Of a DNA stretch of 35,921 nt, positions 24,617 through 34,900 are shown piece by piece (the stretch's first letter is position 1; the number at the start of each line of letters is the position of its first letter). Source of the DNA: a virus (Duplodnaviria > Caudoviricetes). The position numbers were made by a program, and so were the translations under genes. Below the pieces are notes generated by a model, which was not told the DNA's origin, made no database searches, and saw nothing but the letters and a program-made list of their open reading frames with translations. The stretch lies in IMG/VR virus record IMGVR_UViG_3300044475_000166, positions 1 to 35,921 of that record. One strand, given 5' to 3'.

Positions 24617-24994
24617 ATGAGCGGAAAAACATATCTAGGGAGCGTGACCCGCGAAACACGACCATTCATTCTGGATGTTGAAAAGTTGCGCCGTGCTAAT
24701 GCAAAGATTACCGCTGCCAAGGCTTATAAGGCTGGTGATTTGCTGACTTTGTCGGATGCAAATGTGGTTGATCTCGCTGCAGATGAAAAAACTTGGCAAG
24801 TGATCTGTGGTCGTGATGTGACAGCAGTCGAAGCTACACAAATGGCAGCTGATGGCGTAGAGCTTCCGATCTACTTCGGAGGTGTTTTTAGCGTGGAAGC
24901 GATTCGTCTCTCTGGTGAATATCTTGTAACCGCTAAGTACGATGCTGCACGTGCGAAGGCAACCCTAAACAACATTGAACTTTCAAAAGTATAA
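24617..24994 (+). CDS. Head decoration protein (lambda gpD-like)
   Basis: Size and position before the capsid gene. YKAGDLL and IYFGGVF motifs. Confidence 0.72.
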   Translation: MSGKTYLGSVTRETRPFILDVEKLRRANAKITAAKAYKAGDLLTLSDANVVDLAADEKTWQVICGRDVTAVEATQMAADGVELPIYFGGVFSVEAIRLSGEYLVTAKYDAARAKATLNNIELSKV

Positions 24995-25006
24995 GGACTT
25001 TAAAAC

Positions 25007-26083
25007 ATGCCTCAGTCATTTACAGTTAATGGCGCACCACTTGAGCTACTTGATGTTGGTGAGCTTGCGTTAATTCATACGAATTACAAGCCAATGGATA
25101 CTTGGCTTTTAGATAAGTTCTTCCCGAATCGCCCATCATTCGATCGCGATGAAGTGCCATTAGCAGAAATCAATACAGTGCACGATTTAGCGCCATTGGT
25201 CTCACCACATCAACCCGGTAAGCCTTTTGATACTAAACGCGCTGCTAAAGTTGAATTCGTACAACCCGCTTATTACAAGCCAAAAAATATGGTGACTCCT
25301 GCAACTGCTTTTGATGAAGCCTTAATGGAGCGTTTGCGTACTGCAGGTATCATCTCTACTGGCAGTCAGCAATTGTCTGATCAAGAAAAGATGATGATTG
25401 CACAGATCGCCGTAATGAAACGCAACCATGATGCAATTGATAACTCTGTTTTGTTAATGGCCACTCAGTTGTTGCTTAACGGCAAGTATGTTCTTCAATC
25501 AGATGATTATGAATACAACTTAGTTGATTATGAGCGAGATGCTTCGTTGACATTTACGCCAGTTACCCCTTGGAACCAAGCAGGTGCTAAGCCTGTAACT
25601 GATATTGAGACAATTGAAAAACTCTTGCTTGATGCTAATGGTGGTAGCTCAAAAGCTTATTTGATGTCTGGAAAGGTTTGGATCGCATTATCAGCCAATG
25701 AAGAGTTCAAAGAACGTTTTGTTAAGCCTTATGCGGGTATCGCTGTTCCTTACAAGCCAAGCTTGAATGTTCAAGAGGTAGCATCATTCAAAGGTTACTT
25801 GGATGAAAAAGAGTTATGGGTATTCGATGCTACATACCGCCTATCATCTGGTGTACAACGCTTTATTCCTGATGATTATTTTGGGGCGATTTCAGATCTC
25901 AATGGTTCGATTGCTCAGTGCAAAATCAAGAACATGTTAGCGAATGGTGCTGTTCAGAAGTACTTTGACCGCCAATGGTATAACGAAGATCCAAGTGGGA
26001 TTTTCTTAATGACAGAATCTGCTCCACTCGCCGTGCCATCAAACAAAAATGGCGTGTGTGGCGGTACTGGATTTATTGTTTAA
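25007..26083 (+). CDS. Major capsid protein (lambda gpE-like)
   Basis: WLLDKFFP, LAPLVSP, QPAYYKPK, DPS....MTESAPL.VP. Confidence 0.9.
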   Translation: MPQSFTVNGAPLELLDVGELALIHTNYKPMDTWLLDKFFPNRPSFDRDEVPLAEINTVHDLAPLVSPHQPGKPFDTKRAAKVEFVQPAYYKPKNMVTPATAFDEALMERLRTAGIISTGSQQLSDQEKMMIAQIAVMKRNHDAIDNSVLLMATQLLLNGKYVLQSDDYEYNLVDYERDASLTFTPVTPWNQAGAKPVTDIETIEKLLLDANGGSSKAYLMSGKVWIALSANEEFKERFVKPYAGIAVPYKPSLNVQEVASFKGYLDEKELWVFDATYRLSSGVQRFIPDDYFGAISDLNGSIAQCKIKNMLANGAVQKYFDRQWYNEDPSGIFLMTESAPLAVPSNKNGVCGGTGFIV

Positions 26084-26093
26084 GGAGGCTTAT

Positions 26094-26456
26094 ATGCCAA
26101 AGTACATTGCAAAGCAATCCATCGGGCAGTTTATGCCAGGTGATGAAATCAAGGGCTTGAATGATGACCGCATTCAGGCCCTTTTAGTATCTGGGGCTAT
26201 TGAAGAATATCAAGAGCCCAAGGAACCTAAGGCTGATGGTACCGTGGCTCAGTTAGCAAGTCTTACGGCAGAAGTCGCAGAGCTGAAAGCGAATGAACTT
26301 AAGCTGATTGAAGCTAAGGATAAGGCTGAACAAGAAAATGCAGGGCTGAAAGCGAAGGTTGAAGGTTTGGAGAAATCCCTGAATGCTTCAGAAGCGGCTT
26401 TGAAAAAAGCTACTGCTGAAGCCAAGAAGACAGCAACGCCAACTGAAAATAAGTAG
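26094..26456 (+). CDS. Head-associated hypothetical protein with coiled coil
   Basis: AAGGAGG RBS before ATG 26094. Confidence 0.7.
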   Translation: MPKYIAKQSIGQFMPGDEIKGLNDDRIQALLVSGAIEEYQEPKEPKADGTVAQLASLTAEVAELKANELKLIEAKDKAEQENAGLKAKVEGLEKSLNASEAALKKATAEAKKTATPTENK

Positions 26457-26463
26457 GTGATCC

Positions 26464-26904
26464 ATGTATGCAACGCGTGAAGAACTTACCAAGCGATTTG
26501 GAGATGAAATCGAGCAACTGGAAAGTATGCATCCTTCGTCAGGCACTGCAGTGCAAGATGCTATACAAGACGCAAGTGAAGAAATTGACAGCTATCTTGC
26601 TGCCAAATACACACTGCCACTACCAAGCACCCCGAACAACTTAAAACGATTAGCGTGTGATATTGCACGCTATCGTTTGTACTTTCAGCAGCCTACCGAA
26701 GAAGTTCGGAAGCGCTATGAAGATGCCAAAGAGTTCTTAAAAGGTGTTCGGGATGGAAAAAATGTCTTGGCCATTCTCGATAATCAAAACCAAGTTACTG
26801 AAGAAAAGCCTGTGAATGCACCAGCAACGATGCCGATCGGCAGCACATATCGTGGTGGTGTATTTGGTGATGCAACTTTAGACATGATGCCTAGCATCAA
26901 GTGA
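26464..26904 (+). CDS. Head-tail adaptor (Mu gp36/DUF1320-like)
   Basis: MYAT..L..RFG, AI.DAS.EIDSYL..Y.LPL, ACDIARYRLY. Confidence 0.9.
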   Translation: MYATREELTKRFGDEIEQLESMHPSSGTAVQDAIQDASEEIDSYLAAKYTLPLPSTPNNLKRLACDIARYRLYFQQPTEEVRKRYEDAKEFLKGVRDGKNVLAILDNQNQVTEEKPVNAPATMPIGSTYRGGVFGDATLDMMPSIK

Positions 26905-26911
26905 GGTGCTT

Positions 26912-27457
26912 ATGGCTGGTGTTGGCATCACCATTCAGGCAGATGGTGAATCTTTAATTGTACAAGCGCTGGAGCGATTCTCAGGGCTTGATCAAACTAA
27001 GCAGCAACTATTTGAAGCGATAGGTTCTACAGTCTCAAACAACATTCGACGCCGTTGGATGGTGGGTGAAGGCTTAGAAGGCAAGTGGCGTATTTCTGGT
27101 CGTGTAGCTCGCCAAGGCGGGACCACTCTCCGAGATACATCACGTTTGATGAACTCCATTACTCACAACGTCCTTTCAAATGGTATTGAGATTGGAACAG
27201 ACGTTGAGTATGCAGCTATTCATCATTTTGGTGGCGAGATCCATCATGAAGCTCGTATGAGAAGAACCTACTTTCGACAAGGGCGTGACGGTACTGTTGG
27301 GAATCGATTTGTACGTCAATCGAGATCCAACTTCATGCAGGAAACCATGGGTAAGCCGTACAAGGTCAATATGCCTCGTCGTCCTTTCTTAGGTCTCACG
27401 GAATCCGATGAAAACGAGGTGATGGATATTATTGTGGAGCATTTAAGCCATGAGTGA
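26912..27457 (+). CDS. Virion morphogenesis / tail completion protein (Mu gpG-like)
   Basis: L.DT.RL.NSI, IGTDVEYAAIHHFGG, MP.RPFLG. Confidence 0.88.
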   Translation: MAGVGITIQADGESLIVQALERFSGLDQTKQQLFEAIGSTVSNNIRRRWMVGEGLEGKWRISGRVARQGGTTLRDTSRLMNSITHNVLSNGIEIGTDVEYAAIHHFGGEIHHEARMRRTYFRQGRDGTVGNRFVRQSRSNFMQETMGKPYKVNMPRRPFLGLTESDENEVMDIIVEHLSHE

Positions 27458-27881
27458 TGCAGAAAACTTCTTTGCTGTTCGTACTGAAATAGCGGATAAG
27501 CTCAGTGAAATTGCTGACTTTAAGATGATTTATACACCTGCCAATTCAGCAAAAATCACCGAAATCACGCAGGTGACCCCAAATGCACAAGTGTATTACC
27601 GCCGTGTCCGCAAGGTGGATGATGCGGGACGATCATCAACCAACATGCTTGCCAAACAATGGGAGGTAACTGTTGTTGAGCGGCATGCTGCTTCACAGCT
27701 TAGCAATGGTGCTGAAGCACTGGACCGCGCTGGGATATTGACGCAAAAGGTTCTGGAACTTCTGTGCGGTTGGAAACCAGATTCAAGTGTAAGGCCACTG
27801 GATTTGGTCGCCATAGAGGAAGATTACTCGACCACCTGTGTGTATATCACTTTGGTGTTTGAATCAAAAACATTCGTATAG
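27450..27881 (+). CDS. Probable tail terminator protein
   Basis: Position, size, L.GWKP motif. Confidence 0.65.
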   Translation: MSDAENFFAVRTEIADKLSEIADFKMIYTPANSAKITEITQVTPNAQVYYRRVRKVDDAGRSSTNMLAKQWEVTVVERHAASQLSNGAEALDRAGILTQKVLELLCGWKPDSSVRPLDLVAIEEDYSTTCVYITLVFESKTFV

Positions 27882-27889
27882 GAAATTAT

Positions 27890-28081
27890 ATGACCAAGCA
27901 ATACAAAGCCCGGCAACCAGTCGGGCGTTTTCGTACTGGGGATATTGTGGGTAGTTTGACCGCCGCACAGATCCAAGACTTATTGCAGCGTGGAGTGATT
28001 GAAGAGGTGAAAGAAGCTTCTGAGACTAAACCTGCTGTACAAACCAAAACAGCAAAAGAGGTAAAAGCTGATGGCGAATAA
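27890..28081 (+). CDS. Small hypothetical virion protein
   Basis: AGGA RBS. Resembles the N-terminus of the 26094 ORF. Confidence 0.65.
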   Translation: MTKQYKARQPVGRFRTGDIVGSLTAAQIQDLLQRGVIEEVKEASETKPAVQTKTAKEVKADGE

Positions 28082-28814
28082 ACCTGATTTAATTTCCTTA
28101 CAAGGGGAAATGTTTTTAGCAAAGATGATTAATGGCCAGCCCGCAGCATTACTACCCGTTGGGAGCACACCAGAGCTTCAGATTCAAATTAGTTCCGAGT
28201 CAACTGACCATTACGAATCTAAAACAGGTATGCGTGCTAAAGACGCTGTACTGCGCAAACAAACAGGTGTTTCGATTAGTGGTACTTTGGAAGAAGTGAC
28301 CAAAGCAAACCTAGCAATGGTTTTGAGTGGTCAATCAATTGAAGTTGCAGCTTCAACTCCTGCTGATCAGCTTATTGGTGCGGTCAAAGCAGGTGAGATG
28401 GTTGACCTGGGGATTCGAAACCTTACTGCTGTAACATTCAAAGGTCCTGCTGATGCCGCAATTACAGCAGATAAGTACACCTTGGATGAAGTTTTTGGGA
28501 CAGTAATCTTTAATGAAGATATTACTGATGTGAAATGGTCTGGTAGTGCTGGAGCAATCACACGAACCACCATTGCTGATAATGTTGGAGACGAATACCG
28601 TTTCTTCTTTAAAGGGGTGGATACCTATCAGGGTGACAAGGTTGCGGTAACATTGTGGCGTCTTGAGCTTTCACCGGATACGGAGTTTGACTTAATTCAT
28701 GAAGACTTTGCCAGCTACAACATTGAAGGCGAGTGTCTAGCTGATATTACAAAGGCAAATGATGCAGAGTTGAGTATCTTCGGCCATATTGATCGTTTCT
28801 CCGTGACCGCTTAA
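28071..28814 (+). CDS. Major tail (tube) protein, siphovirus type
   Basis: QGEMFLA, H.ES.TG.R.KD, NLAMVL.G. No sheath gene is present. Confidence 0.82.
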   Translation: MANKPDLISLQGEMFLAKMINGQPAALLPVGSTPELQIQISSESTDHYESKTGMRAKDAVLRKQTGVSISGTLEEVTKANLAMVLSGQSIEVAASTPADQLIGAVKAGEMVDLGIRNLTAVTFKGPADAAITADKYTLDEVFGTVIFNEDITDVKWSGSAGAITRTTIADNVGDEYRFFFKGVDTYQGDKVAVTLWRLELSPDTEFDLIHEDFASYNIEGECLADITKANDAELSIFGHIDRFSVTA

Positions 28815-28820
28815 TGTTTC

Positions 28821-28872
28821 ACAGGCACAAAGAATACCAGACGCATCAGCGTCTTTTTTTTGTGCCTGTTTT
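28821..28872 (+). terminator. Long nested hairpin / terminator after the major tail gene
   Basis: ACAGGCACAAA...AGACGC-ATCA-GCGTCT...TTTGTGCCTGT. Confidence 0.7.
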
Positions 28873-28884
28873 TAGGATTCCATC

Positions 28885-29478
28885 ATGAATGATTTCTTTA
28901 TTGCAGCGAACCGTAGCTTGAGCCTTGAAATTGATGATGTCTCGCTTGAGGTTCGGCAAATCCAGATGAGTCAGTTTGACTTATGGGTAGGTGCAGCTGA
29001 TCCCATTAAGAACGCGCTGGGCAATGTAAGTGATTATTCAGATGAAATTCTCAATAAACTGATGCAAAAGCATTTGATTGAATGTGTAGTGATGCTTCAG
29101 TTGATTACTGATCTGGACCATCCAGCGATTTTAAAAGCGGCTCAAGATCAGGAAGTATTTATTCAACTACTGGAAAAAGCTCTGAAAGCTAATCAGCCTT
29201 ATTTCATTGATAAAGAGCCAAAATCAAAACGTCGTAAGAAGCGTGGTGAAACCAACGATCAGGGTTCAACTTGGTTTGACTCATTTCAGTTGTTGGTATC
29301 GAATGGCCATAGCCATGAAAGCATCATGAATATGAGCTATGGGGCCTTCAAGCTTTATACCGAAGCAGTAGTGAAACGTGAAAAGCAAGGCATTGCTACT
29401 CAATCCAATATTATTCGCATGGCTCAGCATGCAGCAGCGAAGCAATTTAAAAGTTTTGTTGATGAATTGAATGTGTAA
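28885..29478 (+). CDS. Tail assembly chaperone
   Basis: Lies between the tube and tape measure genes. C-terminal WFDSFQLLVSNGH...I..MS motif. Confidence 0.7.
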   Translation: MNDFFIAANRSLSLEIDDVSLEVRQIQMSQFDLWVGAADPIKNALGNVSDYSDEILNKLMQKHLIECVVMLQLITDLDHPAILKAAQDQEVFIQLLEKALKANQPYFIDKEPKSKRRKKRGETNDQGSTWFDSFQLLVSNGHSHESIMNMSYGAFKLYTEAVVKREKQGIATQSNIIRMAQHAAAKQFKSFVDELNV

Positions 29479-29745
29479 TAAAGATCTATTGTATCAATTC
29501 TTAGATAACATGCAGGGTGACAGAACGGTCTATATAAGTTTTTGGCTATATATTTTTCCCCTTCCTGATTGCATTCAATTATTAATTCATATTTAATTAA
29601 CGCTCAAGAAAGCATTTTTTCTTGAAATTTCTTAAACATTCACTAATTTTTTGAGTTTAAAAATGAAACGTCACACATCGCCATCTATGTAAGTAATTAT
29701 TTTACATTTCTTGTTTTTAGGCTTTTAGATAGGTGAGGTTAAAGG

Positions 29746-30252
29746 ATGAATAAATATAAAGCTATTGATGTTGCAAATTACATTATTTGGTCTGTTAATA
29801 AAAATGAATTGGGGATAATTACCCCATTAAAGCTCCATAAAATTTTATATTATGTATATACAGCAGTCCTAAAAAAACACAACACAATACTTTTTCCAGA
29901 ACAGTTTCAAAAGTGGCAATTTGGACCAGTGGTAAAAGAGATTTACCATGAATTTAAGACCCATGGTATTAATCACATAAGCACACCAAAAACCATTTTG
30001 ACATCATCTTCAGCAGAAGCAGTATTTGGTAGAGCTACGGTTGAATTCAATCCAAATTTGTTTCATAACGACGTTGAAATCGAGTCCACAATTATTACTG
30101 TGGTTTCAAAACTGAGTAAGATGAAGGCTTTTGATCTTGTTGAGATGACTCACGAAGAAGATGCTTGGAAGAATTTTGAAAATGACATCATGGCAGGCGT
30201 CAAGGAGCTGACGTATACGCTTGAAGAATTAAAAGCAGCCAAAACAATTTAG
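29746..30252 (+). CDS. Panacea domain (DUF4065/SocA/GepA) antitoxin
   Basis: AIDVANYII, ITPLKLHKILYY, LF.E.FQKWQFGPVV.EIY..FK, LVEMTH....W. Confidence 0.92.
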   Translation: MNKYKAIDVANYIIWSVNKNELGIITPLKLHKILYYVYTAVLKKHNTILFPEQFQKWQFGPVVKEIYHEFKTHGINHISTPKTILTSSSAEAVFGRATVEFNPNLFHNDVEIESTIITVVSKLSKMKAFDLVEMTHEEDAWKNFENDIMAGVKELTYTLEELKAAKTI

Positions 30253-30270
30253 TCGTTTTGGAAATTATTA

Positions 30271-31194
30271 ATGGAAACCAATGAAGATTTACAAAGCTTA
30301 ATATTTTATCATCTGAATGCTGCTGAATTTAACGATAGAGATGTTGTAAGTGAGGCAGCTTTCTTATTTGTTTTTTTTAAAGATTCTTTTATTTGTGAGG
30401 TTGGAAGTGAGACTTTCTATAAACTTCCATACAAGGATATTTCAGAATTAATTTTTAATCATGAAATTGATGACATCCATAACAATGCATTTCAGAGTTT
30501 TGTTACAACTGTTGCGGACGAGATTAGAGAGGAATATTGGTACTTGCCTAATATTCAGCATATCTTAGATTGTTACGAGAAGTTCTCGATGCACATAACT
30601 CTTGTACTTGTGCAAAAGAAATTCATGCTTAAAACAGCTAAAAATGCTGAAAGAATAGCAAATGATGCTAAGGGTATCGCGAAGCAGGCAAGCAATACTT
30701 CCACAGTAGCAAAAAATACGGCACAAGAAGCTGATAAGATTTCCAAAAATGCGGAACAAGTCGCAAAAAAAGCAGAAGATATTTTTGATAACAGTTTAGT
30801 TAACTACATAACAATTTTAGGTATTTTTGCATCTATTATCATTACGGTATTTGGAGGTATTAGCTTAACAAATGCTACAGTCCAATTGTTAAAATCTGAA
30901 TTTGATCTTCCTGTATTGGTATTTGTTGTTAGTTTACTTCTGATTTCTTTCCTAAGCGTGCTGATAGTCTTGATTACTTGGGTAAGCTCTTTAAAAAAAT
31001 CGACGGAATACACAAGTGCTGTTAAGTGGTGGATTTTGTTAGGTGCTTTTGTGTTTGCAATGGTTAGTGGTTTGTACTTAAATAAGAAAATTCACACTAA
31101 TATAGAGTGTTACCATATTGGTTATTATACATGCATGCATTCTGAAATTTTTAGCGGGGCATCCATCGAAACAGATAGTGATAAAGACAAATAA
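30271..31194 (+). CDS. Putative toxin/effector: acidic N-domain, Ala-heptad coiled coil, ~3 TM
   Basis: 18 bp after the Panacea gene. NYITILGIFASIIITVFGG and two more TM segments. Confidence 0.72.
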   Translation: METNEDLQSLIFYHLNAAEFNDRDVVSEAAFLFVFFKDSFICEVGSETFYKLPYKDISELIFNHEIDDIHNNAFQSFVTTVADEIREEYWYLPNIQHILDCYEKFSMHITLVLVQKKFMLKTAKNAERIANDAKGIAKQASNTSTVAKNTAQEADKISKNAEQVAKKAEDIFDNSLVNYITILGIFASIIITVFGGISLTNATVQLLKSEFDLPVLVFVVSLLLISFLSVLIVLITWVSSLKKSTEYTSAVKWWILLGAFVFAMVSGLYLNKKIHTNIECYHIGYYTCMHSEIFSGASIETDSDKDK

Positions 31195-31233
31195 CCCATA
31201 AGCAATTTGATAACTTTTTATAAGGGTAACTAA

Positions 31234-31740
31234 GTGGCAAATAAGTGCGTAAGTTGCAACAACTGTGGCCACATAGGGTGGTCTAAGAATCGTGGCAACT
31301 TTCTAATTACTATTGTTCTTCTTATTTTCTTTTTTGTTCCTGGTGTGATCTATGAAATCTGGCGTAGGACTGGGTTGGGTGTCTGTTCAAACTGTGGGAG
31401 TGATAGAGTAGTTCCATCATTGGCTCGTGATACCAAAGATCGGAATTTTCAGCTTGATGTGATGGGGATTGTGATTGTGACTGGCAGCATTGTTGTCGGA
31501 ATCATGGCGGTAATATTTTTATGCATGATCGTTTATGTTGGTGTTGAGAGATTTATAAAAACAGGTAGTTTTTTACCACCTAAAAGCTCAGAAGACCTAT
31601 ATTCTGAATGCTTTAAAGATGGCATGGAGCACTATCAATCATTAAAACAATTTCCAATGATGCCTGATGGAAAGACCCTGACAATGGATAAGATTGAGGT
31701 CGATTGTAAAGGCTCTACCAACGGGAAATACCCAAGGTAA
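31234..31740 (+). CDS. Membrane protein with LITAF-like CxxC-hydrophobic-CxxC ribbon
   Basis: CNNCG...FLITIVLLIFFFVPGVIYEIWR...CSNCG, a second TM and a C-terminal Cys pair. Confidence 0.7.
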   Translation: MANKCVSCNNCGHIGWSKNRGNFLITIVLLIFFFVPGVIYEIWRRTGLGVCSNCGSDRVVPSLARDTKDRNFQLDVMGIVIVTGSIVVGIMAVIFLCMIVYVGVERFIKTGSFLPPKSSEDLYSECFKDGMEHYQSLKQFPMMPDGKTLTMDKIEVDCKGSTNGKYPR

Positions 31741-31747
31741 AGCAACC

Positions 31748-31900
31748 ATGGTTATCACTAAAGATTTTTCAGCAGAGACACTTAGGGAAGCCATGCTATT
31801 AATGGATGAGTTTTTTATTGAAAATCCACACTACAGATTGCTTCATCATGAAATTGTAGAAGACCGGACAGTGAGAGTTGAATATACAGTTCTGCAATAA
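31748..31900 (+). CDS. 50-aa hypothetical protein
   Basis: AAGGT upstream of ATG 31748. Ends before the terminator. Confidence 0.5.
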   Translation: MVITKDFSAETLREAMLLMDEFFIENPHYRLLHHEIVEDRTVRVEYTVLQ

Positions 31901-31920
31901 TCTTTAGTTTTATAACTATC

Positions 31921-31943
31921 AACCACCGAAAGGTGGTTTTTTT
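31921..31943 (+). terminator. Terminator closing the tail-region island
   Basis: AACCACC-GAAA-GGTGGTT-TTTTT. Confidence 0.85.
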
Positions 31944-31965
31944 GTGCCCGTAATTTGAGGTTTCT

Positions 31966-34900
31966 ATGTCTGGAAAAAATTTAACTTTTAAGTTGGTGAT
32001 GGATGCAGACACCAAGGATTATGTATCGAACACCAAGCAAGCCCAAGATGTTACGGTTAAGGTCTTTGATACCATTAAAAGCGAAGCTCAAAAGGTAAAA
32101 GTAACCGAGCTTGTGCAGGGTTTGCATGAAGCAACCAAAGAGATTACCGATTTAGGTGACAAAAGCACAATCAGCGGCACGAAGATCCGTGAAATGTCGA
32201 TGCAAAGCCAACAAATGGTTGCATCACTCAATAATGAATTGGTTGAGGCTCAAGCTGAATTGGTTCGCTTATCGCAATCAAAAGCATCTCCAACGGATAT
32301 TAGTAATGCCATTAATCGAGTAGCTGATCTTAAAAGCTCTATTCAAGATGTTCAGGCCGCATTTGGTTCATACCAGTCTGTCGCAACCAATGCTATGACA
32401 GGCTTAGACAAAGCAACCAGTGAAGTAATTGCTGAATTACAGAGATTCACCACGGTAGATTTAACGGAAATAACTACCGAGGTTCAGAATGTTACGCGTG
32501 CTATTGAAAGCATGGGTGATGGGGCCGTTATATCAACCAAGGAAGTGGGGCGAATCTCTACAGTTGGTGCAGCTGCAATAGATGCCCTGGAGCGAGAGTT
32601 ATTATCTGCACGCAATGCATGGCAGGCGCTGATTGATGCTGGGGATAACGTTACTCTTGAAGAGTTAAATGCTACAAAAGAGCGTGTAACTAGCTTAGAG
32701 CGTGCACTAAGCTTAGCTGATAACTCAATGAGTGAGTTTAGGGCTGTAACTCAGCAGGCAGTTCCAATTGTTGATAGCCTAGATCATGCTTTAGAAGGGA
32801 CGAATCAAGAGCTTGCTGAGACAGGAACAACCTCCGAAGCTGTAGCTCATAATATAGAAGGCCTTAAGACTGGATTTACAGCGCTAACAGGTGCATTAGC
32901 TGCCTTGGGTATTGGTGTTACCGCGCAGGAAATGGCACAAACTACCGATAACTATAAAAACCTGATAGCGACATTAAAAATTGCAGTAGGAGAATATGGG
33001 AATTTAGAGCAAGCTCTAGATGATGTTATTGCAGTCGCAATTCGAACAAACTCAAATCTTGAGGCAACAGCTAATCTCTATGCCAAGTTATTAAAAGCCG
33101 GTAAAGAGTTCAAATTTACTCAGAAAGATGCACTTCAACTTACCGAAGTCATTAACATGGCAATCCAAGTCAGTGGAACTTCTGCTGAATCGGCTGAGGC
33201 TGCACTATTTCAGTTGAATCAAGCACTTGGAGCGGGAGTTCTCAGAGGGGAAGAGTATGCTTCAGTCCTCGAACAGGCGCCAAGACTTGCAGAGGCAATC
33301 GCAGATGGCTTGGGAGTGACGATTGGTAAGCTGAAAGAGTTTGCTGATAATGGGAAGCTGACAACTGATGTGGTGACTAAGGCATTACTTAGTCAAACAA
33401 GGACCATTAGCGCGGAGTTTGAGAAGTTCCCATTAACGATTGGTAAATCAACTGAGAATTTAAAAACTTCATGGATGGTTTATCTTGGTGAACTTGATCG
33501 TACACACGGCATCAGTCAACGTGTAGCAGAGGCGATTAAATATATCGCTGAAAATCTCGACCAACTGGTTTCAACGCTCACCTTTGCAGCTCAAGCATTC
33601 ATTGCTTACAAAGCTCTAGGTATGGCTGCTGTATTCCTTGATAAGGCAAATAGTGTTCGTGCTGCAAGTTTAGCTGTTCAGCAAGAAACCGTTGCAGTAG
33701 TTGCTAATACTCAAGCGCAGTTAGCTAATGCAAATGCGGCCAGAGCAAATGCTGTAGCACATACAGGTATCAAAGCATCAGTTGAAACAGCACTCCCGAC
33801 ATTCTCTCGAATGTCATCTGGTTTAACTGGGGTGATTTCACGATTTGGCGCTTATGGTGCCGCTGCAGCAGCCGTGATTGTTACTGGATCAATGGTAAAA
33901 GATGTATTTGTTGACACTGGTGAGGCAATAGGTGAATTGGTTGCTAAGGGTTGGTTGCTAATAAATGGTAATAAGACTTTAGAGCAATCAGAAAAGGAAC
34001 TAGCTGCTCAAGAAGAGGCATCCAAGAAAAAGGCTGAAGAGGCTGCTGAGGCTCATAAGCGTAAAGCTGCCGCAACTGAACTTGCAAAAAATGCTGCACT
34101 CGGCTTAAACGAAGCATCGAAGCTGATGGTCGATGAATTCGATAAGCAGGTAAAGGCAGGTGAGAGTGTTGTTAATGTCTTGGAGAACATCGCCAAGAGT
34201 TTTAACTTTGATACGACCACTGGTATCAATAATGGCATTACAGCACTTATCGCCTTGCAAACACAGGGGAAAGCCACTGGAGAGCAAATCCAAGCTGCTT
34301 TATCTGGCATTCTTAAAGATGAGGATCTGGTCGCCTTTCAAGGGAAGCTTGCAGCAATACCAGTCAACATTGAAAAGCAGATTGAAGCAACGAATGCCAA
34401 GGTTAAAGCCAAGCAACTTGAGCTGGATAACTGGAAAAAAGCCAATCAAGATATGGAATATCAGGCTTGGTTAAAAAGTGTTGCAAAGTATCAAGACGAT
34501 ATAACCAAGTTGCAAGCCGAGGCAAGTTCTCTTCATGTCCAATATGCCAACTCGGTTAAATCTGCCGCCATGGTCCAAGGTGCGGTACTGGACGAAGCAA
34601 TTCGCCGTACTGGACTAAGTTACGAAGAGTTAAAGGGAGAGTCCACAGAGGCATTCACCAAAGCTAATAACGATGTGCGCATATTGGTTCAAAACTTAGG
34701 GGGGTTAGAAAGTGAAGGCGTTGATGTTAGTCGTGCTTTGGGTGCCAGCATTTCGAATGCCATTGATACTTCGACTAATCAGCAAGAGATTGAGGAATTA
34801 AAAAAACGCATTGAAAGCCTGCGATCTAAATTAGGTGAAAAGGTTGCTGATGGTCTACTTAGACAAGCTGAACAGCAACTAATTGACTTAAAAAAGCGTA

